A stretch of 64,000 nt of DNA from Terriglobia bacterium (lineage in GTDB: Bacteria > Acidobacteriota > Terriglobia > 20CM-2-55-15): contig CBDAOY010000009.1 in the NCBI GenBank assembly GCA_965198225.1, forward strand, positions 960,001-1,024,000, written 5' to 3'. Made by a program: the position numbers and the translations under genes. Under the pieces are notes generated by a model that was given only the letters and a program-made list of their open reading frames with translations, searched no databases and was not told where the DNA came from. Shown piece after piece: positions 38,479 through 47,591 of this stretch; positions within the stretch are counted from its first letter, which is position 1; each line of letters opens with the position of its first letter.

Positions 38479-40002
38479 CTACCGATTCGTTCCGCCCTTG
38501 AGCTGCTCCTGCGACTCTATTCGCTGCCTGGCATAATCGGCTGCGGTGCTGACGGTCATGACCCTCGGCGTCAACAAGATCACCATATCGGTCTTCCGGT
38601 TTTCCCGGGTGACTCTCTTGAACAGGCCGCCGAGCAACGGAATGTCACCCAGGATGGGAATCTTTGTCACTTGCTCGAGTGTGCGATCAGAAATCAACCC
38701 GGCTAGAACGACCGTGTCGCCCTCGGCTACGCGGACAACGGTGTCGGCCTCACGGACGTCGACGATCGGCACGGTGAGTCCCTCCGGCGATGTGGCTTGC
38801 CCGGTTCGCTCGGTGATCGTCGGATGGATGTTCATCGTGATGATGCCACCATCGCTGATCTGAGGAGTGACGTCCAGGACGACACCTTCGTTGATGGTGC
38901 TCGGAACGGTAGAGGATTGAACGATCGTTCCGGTGCGTGGATCCACCTGCGTGGTCGTCGTGAAGAACACGTCCTGCGTTCCGACCCTCATGATTGCGGG
39001 CTGGTTGTTCAACGTCGATACCGTTGGGCTCGACAAGACGTTAACCGAACCATGCTGGGACAACGCCTGGATCACAGCGGTGAAGTCGTCGTTGGTGACA
39101 TTCAAGTTGAAGCCACCCTGCAGGGCGCCGACGCTCTGGGTCGCTCTCAGCGTGTTGCCCAGAATCGCCGTCCAGTCGATGCCCGCCTGGAAGTCGTCGT
39201 TCAGCTTGACCTCGATGATTTTTGCTTCGATGACGACCTGGCGGCTAACCGCGTTCTCGACCATCTCGAGGAAGTTCGCGATCGTGTCGAGGTTCCGGGG
39301 GAAGTCGGTCGCGAAAATCAGTCCGGCCATCCGGTTGAAGATGACCGTACCTTCATCCGACTTCAGCAGCTGCAGGTTGGCGTCGACTTCCTCGAGCAGG
39401 TTTGTCTGCTCCGTTCCGGAAACCGAAGTCGACGACCCCCCGCCTGACCCACCGCCCCCCCCGGGAGCCGTCGTACCGACAGTTGCAGTTGACGCTCCAC
39501 CGCCGGCCGAGGCACTGGCCGATAGCGAGCGGGACAGGGACCGGGCTGTCGTGATGTAGTCGAACTCGAACGTCCGGGACTCCATCTGGAGAGGTTCCAC
39601 GATGAGCAGGTCGTCCTCGATTCGGTATACCACCCCCCGCGGATCAAGCAGAACACGGAGCGCCTCCTCGAGCGTGACGTCCACGAGGTTCGTCGAACTG
39701 ACTGCCTCGGAAATCTCCTGATCCATCAGCAGGTTGAGGTTGAAGTACTGAGTGATGGCTGTCAGCAGCAGACGCAGGTCGATCGGATCAACAATCTCCA
39801 GGCTGAAGGGAGCAGTTTCCGCCTGGGGCTGGGTTTCCAGTTGGACCGCCGGCAGTTGTTGCGCCGTCGGAGCGACCGGGGCCGCGGGTATGCCGACCGC
39901 ATTTCCGCCGCCTGTCCCGGCGATCTGAGGAACATTCAACTCTCGTGGCAGCTGTTGCTGAGCGCCGAGGAGCATCAGCAGAGCTACAGTGATTGTCTTC
40001 AT
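38479..40002 (-). CDS. Secretin, MshL-like
   Basis: QVVIEAKIIEV.L.DDFQAGIDW, LSSP..STLNNQPA, GVVLDVTPQI, IPILGDIPLLGGLF; Ser/Gly-rich insert after FDY typical of MshL. Confidence 0.9.
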   Translation of the reverse strand: MKTITVALLMLLGAQQQLPRELNVPQIAGTGGGNAVGIPAAPVAPTAQQLPAVQLETQPQAETAPFSLEIVDPIDLRLLLTAITQYFNLNLLMDQEISEAVSSTNLVDVTLEEALRVLLDPRGVVYRIEDDLLIVEPLQMESRTFEFDYITTARSLSRSLSASASAGGGASTATVGTTAPGGGGGSGGGSSTSVSGTEQTNLLEEVDANLQLLKSDEGTVIFNRMAGLIFATDFPRNLDTIANFLEMVENAVSRQVVIEAKIIEVKLNDDFQAGIDWTAILGNTLRATQSVGALQGGFNLNVTNDDFTAVIQALSQHGSVNVLSSPTVSTLNNQPAIMRVGTQDVFFTTTTQVDPRTGTIVQSSTVPSTINEGVVLDVTPQISDGGIITMNIHPTITERTGQATSPEGLTVPIVDVREADTVVRVAEGDTVVLAGLISDRTLEQVTKIPILGDIPLLGGLFKRVTRENRKTDMVILLTPRVMTVSTAADYARQRIESQEQLKGGTNR

Positions 40003-40619
40003 TCGTTACCCCCCCGGGGCCGCCCCGGTGCGAATAGGATCAAACGTTGGAGCGGTATCACGCGCGTCTCTCCCCGAAACTCAAGAACAATCCCATCACT
40101 GTTGATCCCCGTGACCGTCTCTGCTCCGAGACGGCTACCCTGACGAACGATTCTGGAACCGACGACGGCCCAGGCACCTTTGTCCCCGGACACGATCATC
40201 GAGACCGTATAGGCCGGAAGTTCCGGGGCCAGCGCCGGAGCCGGCACATTCGGTTCGGGCAATGGGACAAGGATAGGGACGTCCGATTCCGGAATGAGCC
40301 CGGCGATTTCATCCAATGTCAGAAACGGGTTCCTTCCCCACTGCCCGATGGGGATTTCGGTGGCTTCGACGGCTGCGGTTTCCGGATCTTCCGATAGAGT
40401 CGCCGTCGCCGTTGGCAGTGGGGTCGGCAGGCATGCCACCGGCAATGTAGGTGGAGCCACGCCCCCGGCGGGTGAGGGATCGGTCGCGGGAGTCGAGGCC
40501 GTTTCGCCCGGGACCACCGGCGGCGCCGGACGTGCGCGCCAGACCTGAAGCCCGATCACCCCCCCGATCACAATCACGCCGGCCGCCAGCACCAACGCCT
40601 GTTTGACTTTCTCGCTCAA
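39999..40619 (-). CDS. Assembly accessory protein (MshK/PilP-like)
   Basis: N-terminal TM helix, WGRNPF motif, Pro-rich linker, C-terminal beta domain; lies between the PilO-like gene and the secretin. Confidence 0.6.
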   Translation of the reverse strand: MSEKVKQALVLAAGVIVIGGVIGLQVWRARPAPPVVPGETASTPATDPSPAGGVAPPTLPVACLPTPLPTATATLSEDPETAAVEATEIPIGQWGRNPFLTLDEIAGLIPESDVPILVPLPEPNVPAPALAPELPAYTVSMIVSGDKGAWAVVGSRIVRQGSRLGAETVTGINSDGIVLEFRGETRVIPLQRLILFAPGRPRGGNE

Positions 40620-41203
40620 CCGATGACCTCGCTCTTGTAGACGTGGAACGACATTGTGACGTCCACGTAGGGCTGGTTTCGACGCAGCTGGATCGAGACG
40701 AACTCTGCAAGTCGTGGAAGCCGGCCGATATCGTGGATGAACTCTGCCACGTTGCGGTAGTCGCCGCTGAACTCGAGCGTCACGACAACATAGCGACGGA
40801 CGCCGACCGATTGCGACAGGGCGTCGGAAGACGACGGCTCGCCGTCGATTTCATCCAGCATGCGCTCCTCATTGCCGAGGACGAACCGCTCCAGGCGATT
40901 GAGGTTCGCCAGCCGAGTGACCTCCGAGAAAAAAGCCGGGACCGCCGGATCTGCCAGGAGCATGCTCGCCATCAGGTTCTCCTGAGTGGTCCACTCTCCC
41001 CGCTCGTCATCGGTCGGCAGCACGATCGCATCGGCTTCGAGTTCCTTCTGGGCCAACTCATCCGTCAGTTCCTCGACCTCCGTGCGGATCGTTCCCAGGT
41101 ACCAGGTCGTCGCCACCGTGCCCGCGACTGCGAACACCAGGATGGCGCCGTAGAGCAAGACCTGACGGTCGATTCCCTTCAGAGCATTGAGTTCAGCAGG
41201 CAT
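40616..41203 (-). CDS. PilO/MshJ/GspM-like protein
   Basis: TM helix plus coiled coil plus LEFSGDY..VAEFI..I..LPRL. Confidence 0.8.
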   Translation of the reverse strand: MPAELNALKGIDRQVLLYGAILVFAVAGTVATTWYLGTIRTEVEELTDELAQKELEADAIVLPTDDERGEWTTQENLMASMLLADPAVPAFFSEVTRLANLNRLERFVLGNEERMLDEIDGEPSSSDALSQSVGVRRYVVVTLEFSGDYRNVAEFIHDIGRLPRLAEFVSIQLRRNQPYVDVTMSFHVYKSEVIG

Positions 41204-42702
41204 CTCACCTCGAAAGTGGCCCGACTCGTGACCCCCTGCGTCGCGGCCCCCGTGGCGTCGGTCAATTGAACATTTTCGTAGCTGACGCTCAGCGGCTGGC
41301 TCATCTCCACGGATGAGAAATATTCCAGGCCGCGGAGTTCGTCGAAGAACTGGTTGAAGTCGGCGGTCGCCTGTCCCTGAGCCCCGCCGCGCAGATATCC
41401 GGTTATCACCAATGCGGGGCTGTCACCGCCTTCGACCTGAATCGTCTCGAAGACCGCCGTGTCGGGGACGATGATGCTGAGGCTGCGGAACGTATCCGCC
41501 CATCCGATGGCCGAAGCCATCCGGCCCGCGAACGCCGCGCGGGTGAGCGCCAGGTCCCGTTCGACGGCCGCGGCAGCACCCTCGGCGAGCCTCGGTTCCA
41601 GTTCTGCGATCCCGGCTTCGATATCCAGTTGCTCGGCATGGAGGGCGCTGCTTCCCATGAAGTACCGCAAGCCCGAGGCCAGGAACACGGCGAGCGCGAA
41701 TATCGCCGCGACCTTGATCGCCTTCTGGTATACGGGTGGCCCCTCCTTGGACGAGGCCTTCCCGGGAATCAGGTTGACACCGGTTTCCGGCGTCTTGTGC
41801 CAGGCTACCCCGAACGCCGCGGACAGGGAAGGGATGTGGAAGCGAAACTCGTCCCATTCTCCTTTGAAGGAGGAGGGGTCGAGGTTGTCGTCGAAGCGCA
41901 GGACGTTGCTCTCGATGCCGAGATCATCTTTGACTCTCGATACATTCGTCCATCCGATCATGTCGCTTTCGCCCGAAAACAGGACTTCATCGACCTTTCC
42001 CTGCGGGAAATTCTGACGGAAGTACAAGGTGGATCTCTTGATCTCCGTCATCAGCCGATCGGCACTCTGGTCCGGGTCGACCTCGCCGTAGCTGATGGGC
42101 AGATCCCGGCAGAGCAGAATGGCCCCGTCCTGGACAAACACGACATGGACGCTCGCCGTGCCGAAATGGACGATGCACTTGACGGTCTCCTTCTTCCAGT
42201 ACCCGATGTGCTGGGTCAGGTTCAGCAAGGCCTCGCCGAGGGTCGTGACTTTCTGAAGCTTGAGGCGAGTCCGGCCGAAGAACTCCTGGGCTTCGCTGAC
42301 CGCGTCCGTTGCGGCAGTGACGAGCAGGATCTGTCGCTTCTTGATACCCAGCTCCTCCTTGGACTTCAGCAGCTGGTAGTCCCAGTAGGTATCGGTTGCT
42401 CCAGCAGGGGCTGACTTCTTCGCTTCCCGCTGCATGACGAAACGGAGCTCCCGCCCCGACAGGGGAGGAAGCGTCAGAAGCTTGTGCTCGACCTGGATCG
42501 CGTTGACCGCTACGACGGCATCCTTGGCCTCGAATCCGCGGACCTGCAGCGTGTGATTCAACTGATCGACTCGACGATCGGGATCGATGGCGCGGTTGTC
42601 GACGATGGCGAAGTTGAACACCTTCAGCCGACGGCCGTAACCCACCTCGACGAGCTTGATGCTGTCGGGTGAAAACTCGATTCCGAGTACGCGGTTTGAC
42701 AT
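41179..42702 (-). CDS. PilM-PilN fusion (MshI/GspL-like)
   Basis: LGIEF....IKLVEV actin-like N-terminus, VNLIP motif, TM helix, PilN-like periplasmic domain. Confidence 0.85.
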   Translation of the reverse strand: MSNRVLGIEFSPDSIKLVEVGYGRRLKVFNFAIVDNRAIDPDRRVDQLNHTLQVRGFEAKDAVVAVNAIQVEHKLLTLPPLSGRELRFVMQREAKKSAPAGATDTYWDYQLLKSKEELGIKKRQILLVTAATDAVSEAQEFFGRTRLKLQKVTTLGEALLNLTQHIGYWKKETVKCIVHFGTASVHVVFVQDGAILLCRDLPISYGEVDPDQSADRLMTEIKRSTLYFRQNFPQGKVDEVLFSGESDMIGWTNVSRVKDDLGIESNVLRFDDNLDPSSFKGEWDEFRFHIPSLSAAFGVAWHKTPETGVNLIPGKASSKEGPPVYQKAIKVAAIFALAVFLASGLRYFMGSSALHAEQLDIEAGIAELEPRLAEGAAAAVERDLALTRAAFAGRMASAIGWADTFRSLSIIVPDTAVFETIQVEGGDSPALVITGYLRGGAQGQATADFNQFFDELRGLEYFSSVEMSQPLSVSYENVQLTDATGAATQGVTSRATFEVRCLLNSML

Positions 42703-42718
42703 CGTTCTCCTGAAGCTA

Positions 42719-43918
42719 CTACTGGAAACTCTCCATCATCTGGTAGAGCGGCAGATAGATTGCCAATGCCACCGTCAACACGACACCCGCCAGGAACACG
42801 TACAACAAGGGTTCCATCATCGTGAACACGCGCTTGATCGTCGCCGGGATCTCCTTGTCGTAATAAACACAAGCCCTCGCCAGCGACTGATCCAACTGCC
42901 CGCTGGTTTCTCCGACGCGGAACACTCGAACGACCATCGGCGGGAACTGCTCGGTCGCTGCCAGGGAGGCCGCGATAGATTCGCCGGCGCGGATCTCGTT
43001 CCGTACACCAGCCGTTGCGTTGCCCAGAACCTTGTTGCCGACGACGATCTGGAGGATCTGCAACGTCTGAGAGATATCGACTCCGGCGTTGAACAGGATC
43101 TGGAAGAAGTGACAGAAGCGCGAAAGCGCGATGTCGCGAACCAGAACGCCAAAGAGCGGCGCCCTGAGCATCAGGCCGTCGAAACGGAGCCGGCCTTTCT
43201 CGGTCCGAACCCAGAAGTAGAAGCTGATGCCCGAGACGAGGACCAACAACAGCACGACCCACCAGTAGGCGACGAGGAATTCGCTCAACCCGAACAGGAT
43301 CTGTGTGGGAAGCGGCATCGGGCCCCGCGCCTGCCGCAGGACGTTGGAAAACTGCGGGAACACGACGGTGGCCAGGAGTATTACCAGACCGAACACCGCC
43401 ATCATCACCATGATCGGATAGATGAGGGCCTGCGTGACATCCCGCCGCAGATCGCCTTTCCAGTCCAGGAAATTCGCGAGGTCGGCCAGCACGCGGTCGA
43501 GATTTCCCGAATCCTCACCCGCCTGAACGATGCTGACGTAGACGTCATCGAAGACCTCTGGATGCCGGCCGAAGGATGCCGAAAGGCTGGAGCCGGCCTC
43601 GACGCTGGCGAGCAGATCCTCGATGACGAGCTTCATTTTGACTTTCTCGGATCCGTCGGCCAGATCCCTCAGCGATTGGGTCAGCGAGATCCCGACGCTG
43701 AGCATCGTGGCCATGTCCGACGTGAAGTTCAACAGGTCCCGCGACTTGATCCTTTCGAAGAGACGGCCGCGTTCCTCCTTTTTCTTCGCGGGACCGGCTT
43801 GAATCAGGAAGAGATCCCGCTCGTCGAGCAGGTCGGCCAGCACGTCTTCGTCGGAGGCTTCCAGTACGCCGGTCACCGTTCTTCCGGTTTCATCCTTGGC
43901 TTTGTATTCAAATTCCAT
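42719..43918 (-). CDS. Inner-membrane platform protein (PilC/GspF/MshG family)
   Basis: FEYKAKD..G..V.G..EA, AGE.SGNLD, QALIYP, GETSGQLD, EPLL, AIYLPLY. Confidence 0.95.
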   Translation of the reverse strand: MEFEYKAKDETGRTVTGVLEASDEDVLADLLDERDLFLIQAGPAKKKEERGRLFERIKSRDLLNFTSDMATMLSVGISLTQSLRDLADGSEKVKMKLVIEDLLASVEAGSSLSASFGRHPEVFDDVYVSIVQAGEDSGNLDRVLADLANFLDWKGDLRRDVTQALIYPIMVMMAVFGLVILLATVVFPQFSNVLRQARGPMPLPTQILFGLSEFLVAYWWVVLLLVLVSGISFYFWVRTEKGRLRFDGLMLRAPLFGVLVRDIALSRFCHFFQILFNAGVDISQTLQILQIVVGNKVLGNATAGVRNEIRAGESIAASLAATEQFPPMVVRVFRVGETSGQLDQSLARACVYYDKEIPATIKRVFTMMEPLLYVFLAGVVLTVALAIYLPLYQMMESFQ

Positions 43919-43969
43919 CGTGATCTCAATCAATCCGCAGTTTCCCCAGATTCAAGCGGCCACGGGCCG

Positions 43970-45594
43970 CTATACGGCTTTGGCGACTTCATCGACAGTC
44001 GTCAAACCCGATGCGGCACGCTTGAGTCCGTCCTCGATCATCGTCATCATGCCTTCGTCACGGGCCAGTTGTCGGATGACGCCCGCGTCGGCCTGTTCCA
44101 TCATCGCCTTCCGGATCGCTTCGTTCATCAGCATCACTTCGGAGATCGCAATCCGGCCCCGGTATCCGGTGTTGTCGCAGTTGCTGCAGCCGGCTCCCTT
44201 GAAGTACTCGCCCTCCGGAATGTTCATCCTGCGCGTCAGCCGTGGATCGGGTTGGGTCGGTTCCCGGCAGTACTCGCAGATTCGCCTTATCAGACGTTGC
44301 GCCACGACACCCACGATGGAAGACGCGACCAAGTAGGGCTCGACGCCCATGTCGAGAAGCCGCGGTACAGTCGAGGCTGCGTCGTTCGTGTGCAGAGTGC
44401 TGAACACCAACAGACCCGTGAGTGCGGCGCGGATCGCCGTGTCGACGGTTTCGTTGTCCCGCATCTCGCCGACCAGGACCGTGTCCGGGTCCTGCCGCAG
44501 GATCGCTCGGAGTCCCGTGGAATAGGTCAGTCCCGCCCGCACATTGATCTGGGACTGGCGGATCAGGGGCAACTCGTACTCGACCGGATCTTCCAGCGTG
44601 ATGATCTTGCGTTCCGGGGTACTGATCTTGAGCAACGCCGAATACAGCGTCGTAGTCTTGCCCGAGCCCGTCGGACCGGTAACCAGGACGATGCCGTTGG
44701 GATGCTCGATAGCCGGCTCTCCAGCCCGATGGTCAGCTGTTCTTTATTCAAGACACGCAGAACGACGTTTTCACCGAAGATTGTCGGAAAGGTGCTGATA
44801 CGCAGGTCGATCGGTTTGCTGTATATCTCCACCGTTGCCTTCCCATCCTGGGGCAGGCGCGACTCGGAGATGTTGAGGTTTCCCATGATCTTGATGCGGG
44901 AGTTCACCGCCCTTTCGAGCTTCTTCGGCACGTAAGGGCCCTGGTGGAGCACGCCGTCAATCCGGTAGCGCACCCGCAGCGGGTTCTTTTCAGGTTCGAA
45001 GTGGATGTCGGTAGCGCGCTTGCGGACTCCGTCGAGGATTATCGCGTCGATCAACTTGACAACGGGTGCGACGAGCGCAAGGTCTTCCCGGCCGACGTCG
45101 GCACCCCCTTCGTCCGCCTGTCGGGAGGCCTCGTCGAGCAACGCCTCCATCTGCTCGCCGTGTGCTCCAGCCGAATAGTACTTGTCGATCGACGTGAGGA
45201 TGTCGAACTCACTGGACGAGACGACTTTCACGAACCTGGCCGTCATGCGCCCGATGTTGTCCACCGTTGCCACGTCGAGGGGGTTGGCCATGGCGACCGT
45301 GATCGATCCGTCATCGGTCGATACCGGAAACAACTTGTTCTGCCGGGCGAACGTTTCGGGGATGGCCTCGATTATCGACGGATCGATGGACTCAGTGCGC
45401 AGGGTGACATACTCGATTCCGGCAGCTTCTGCGAGAGCTTCGGTGAGTGTTTCTTCGGTAATCAGGCTCAGCCGGCGCATGATGTCGCCGATGCGCTCTT
45501 CGCTGCCCTGCTGTTCGCTGAGGGCGAACTCGAGTTGATCTTCAGAAATCAGACCGGCGCGGATCAGCCTCTGTCCGAGTCTGTCATCTGCCAT
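43970..45594 (-). pseudogene. Assembly ATPase (PilB/GspE/MshE family) with MshEN domain, frameshifting deletion near 44715
   Basis: RLGQRLIRAGLISEDQLEFALSEQ, ATDIHFEP, RLPQDG; Walker [43 protein letters not shown] and Zn-binding CxxC motifs in the second frame. Confidence 0.92.
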
Positions 45595-45788
45595 CGATAG
45601 GAATCCCCTGCACCGGTTGGACCGGCACGATCACCATTAGTCTACTGCAGCGCCCGCGGCGGCAACGAATAAACGAACCTCCACTTTCACGCACTGCGAC
45701 GGGGGAGACCGATGTAGAACGAGTCAAAACAGGAGGGCGCAATCCCACACTTCTTCTGAGCTACTATATGTTCAGAAGTTCAATGGTG

Positions 45789-47066
45789 TCAAGGGAATGA
45801 CTTGTCCGGAGGTCCGTCGTCGGGCGGGTCTGGAGCCCTGGTTCGAACGCAGTTCTTCGAAGACCGCTTCGCCTCCAGCAGCGCCTGATCCGCCGCTGCC
45901 ACCAGGGTTTCGAAATGAGTATGGTGTTGATACTGGGAGACCCCGACGCTCACCGTCAGAGTCCCATCGTATCCAACGGCTTTCAGAAGGTCGGCCCGCT
46001 GGACCCGCGAACGGATTTTCTCCGCTACAAGGACGGCCCCGTCGAGCGGCGTTCCCGGCAACACGACGCCGAATTCATCCCCTCCACAGCGGAACACGGA
46101 ATCGGTATTTCGCACACACTCGTCCAGAATGCAGGCGACCGATGCAAGCACCTTATTCCCAACTATATGCCCATGTGTGTCGTTGACTTGCTTGAAGCAA
46201 TCGACGTCGAGCATCAGTAGGGATAGGGGCGCCTGAAAGCGGTCCGTCCTGGCCGTCTCCCTCCCCAGCAAGTTGTGGAAGAACCTTGTGTTATAGAGCC
46301 CGGTGAGTGGGTCGGTAATGGCCGTGCGTTGCAGCTCCCTGAACAGTCGCGCGTTTTCGATGGCGATGGCGGCGAGACTGGATAGCTCGCCGGCCAGTTT
46401 CAGGTCTTCCGTCCCAAGGGAGTGGGGTTTCATGGCCATCGAAACGAATGCACCGAGGACCCGCTCGCGTGCCCTGACGGGAACCACCAGCAGAGAACCG
46501 ACATTGGATGTCTCGGCGTCCCGCCGCAGTTCGGGATCGAACTGGGTCGCCGCGAAATCGGTGATGACCATCGGCTCGCCACCCCTCAGGACTTCAGCCA
46601 CGGCCCGAACTGCAACGCGCTCAGGGTTGCGGCGGATGTTGTCGTGCAGTGTCTCGATGAGTTGCTCCCGGCTGGTTCCACTCGACTTCCCGAAACCATC
46701 GTCAAGAACGAAGAAAGCTTCATCTCCAAGGACGTCGGTCGACCTGGAGACCACCTGCTCGAGGATTTCTTCGAGTTTGAGTGAGGAGGCAAGAAGCCTG
46801 GTGAGCTCGCTGAGCAGCTCCGAGCCCAGAATCTGATGGTTCAGTCGGTCGATTAGTGCGCCATCGCTCGAGTCGTTCAGCGAAAGTGACGTCGCCTCGA
46901 CGGGGTATGCGGCTGGATCGGTTGCGTCCGAGAACTCCTCGACATCGTCCGCCGCGTCCGCGAGGCGGATCTCCCCGACGCCAGCCCGCTGATCCTGATC
47001 CTCTCCGATCACGAAGACCCGCCGGGCTTTCTTCTTTCTGGCTGCTCCAAAACGCTGTGGTGACAC
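45789..47066 (-). CDS. GAF-GGDEF diguanylate cyclase
   Basis: AIAIENARL, TDPLTGLYN, D.D.FK.VND.HGH..G, RNTD I-site, GGDEF. Confidence 0.92.
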   Translation of the reverse strand: MSPQRFGAARKKKARRVFVIGEDQDQRAGVGEIRLADAADDVEEFSDATDPAAYPVEATSLSLNDSSDGALIDRLNHQILGSELLSELTRLLASSLKLEEILEQVVSRSTDVLGDEAFFVLDDGFGKSSGTSREQLIETLHDNIRRNPERVAVRAVAEVLRGGEPMVITDFAATQFDPELRRDAETSNVGSLLVVPVRARERVLGAFVSMAMKPHSLGTEDLKLAGELSSLAAIAIENARLFRELQRTAITDPLTGLYNTRFFHNLLGRETARTDRFQAPLSLLMLDVDCFKQVNDTHGHIVGNKVLASVACILDECVRNTDSVFRCGGDEFGVVLPGTPLDGAVLVAEKIRSRVQRADLLKAVGYDGTLTVSVGVSQYQHHTHFETLVAAADQALLEAKRSSKNCVRTRAPDPPDDGPPDKSFP

Positions 47067-47273
47067 CTTATCAGTCCTCAGATCCCACCGATCTTATTCA
47101 AAAACTGGCAGGAATCGAACCAAAAACTGGTGTCGACCCTGTTCCGAAACGACTCCGGGGACGCGACCTCTCAGCGTCCGCTCGTGGCGGTTCGGGTTGA
47201 ATAGCTGGTACAATCTCCGTCGAGTTACGCATACATACCGCAGGGGTTCGGGCCGATTCGGGCCCTGCTTCCT

Positions 47274-47550
47274 TTAGCAGCCCGTGGCAGAACTCTGCAG
47301 GGCCGCGTTACGGCCAAACGGGGCCGGATTCTAGGAGGCGAGGACGAAACAATGCTCATTTATTGGGAGGAGTCGGCGACAACGAAGACGGCCCCGTTTC
47401 GCCGTAACCCGACGGGCGCAGGGGGGGTCGGGCCGCAGGCTTTGTCGCTCGTCGGTCACGATGAATGATCATCGCTCCGCTCCTCTCTTCGCGCCTGCAA
47501 CCCGAAGACCCCTGCGCGCGACCCTGCAGAGTTCTGCCACGGGCTGCTAG
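47274..47550 (-). mobile_element. MITE-like element, copy 2 (opposite orientation)
   Basis: Reverse complement of 14502-14777 with few differences. Confidence 0.9.
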
Positions 47551-47591
47551 CCTACGGGTTGCTTGATCGATACGTTTTGGCATCAATATTT

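Noticed and set aside
42656-44935. 759-aa plus-strand ORF and similar long antisense ORFs (e.g. 37-840, 8327-9526, 18154-19338, 20218-21588)
   Set aside because: Shadow ORFs opposite well-supported genes in high-GC DNA, with no recognisable motifs.
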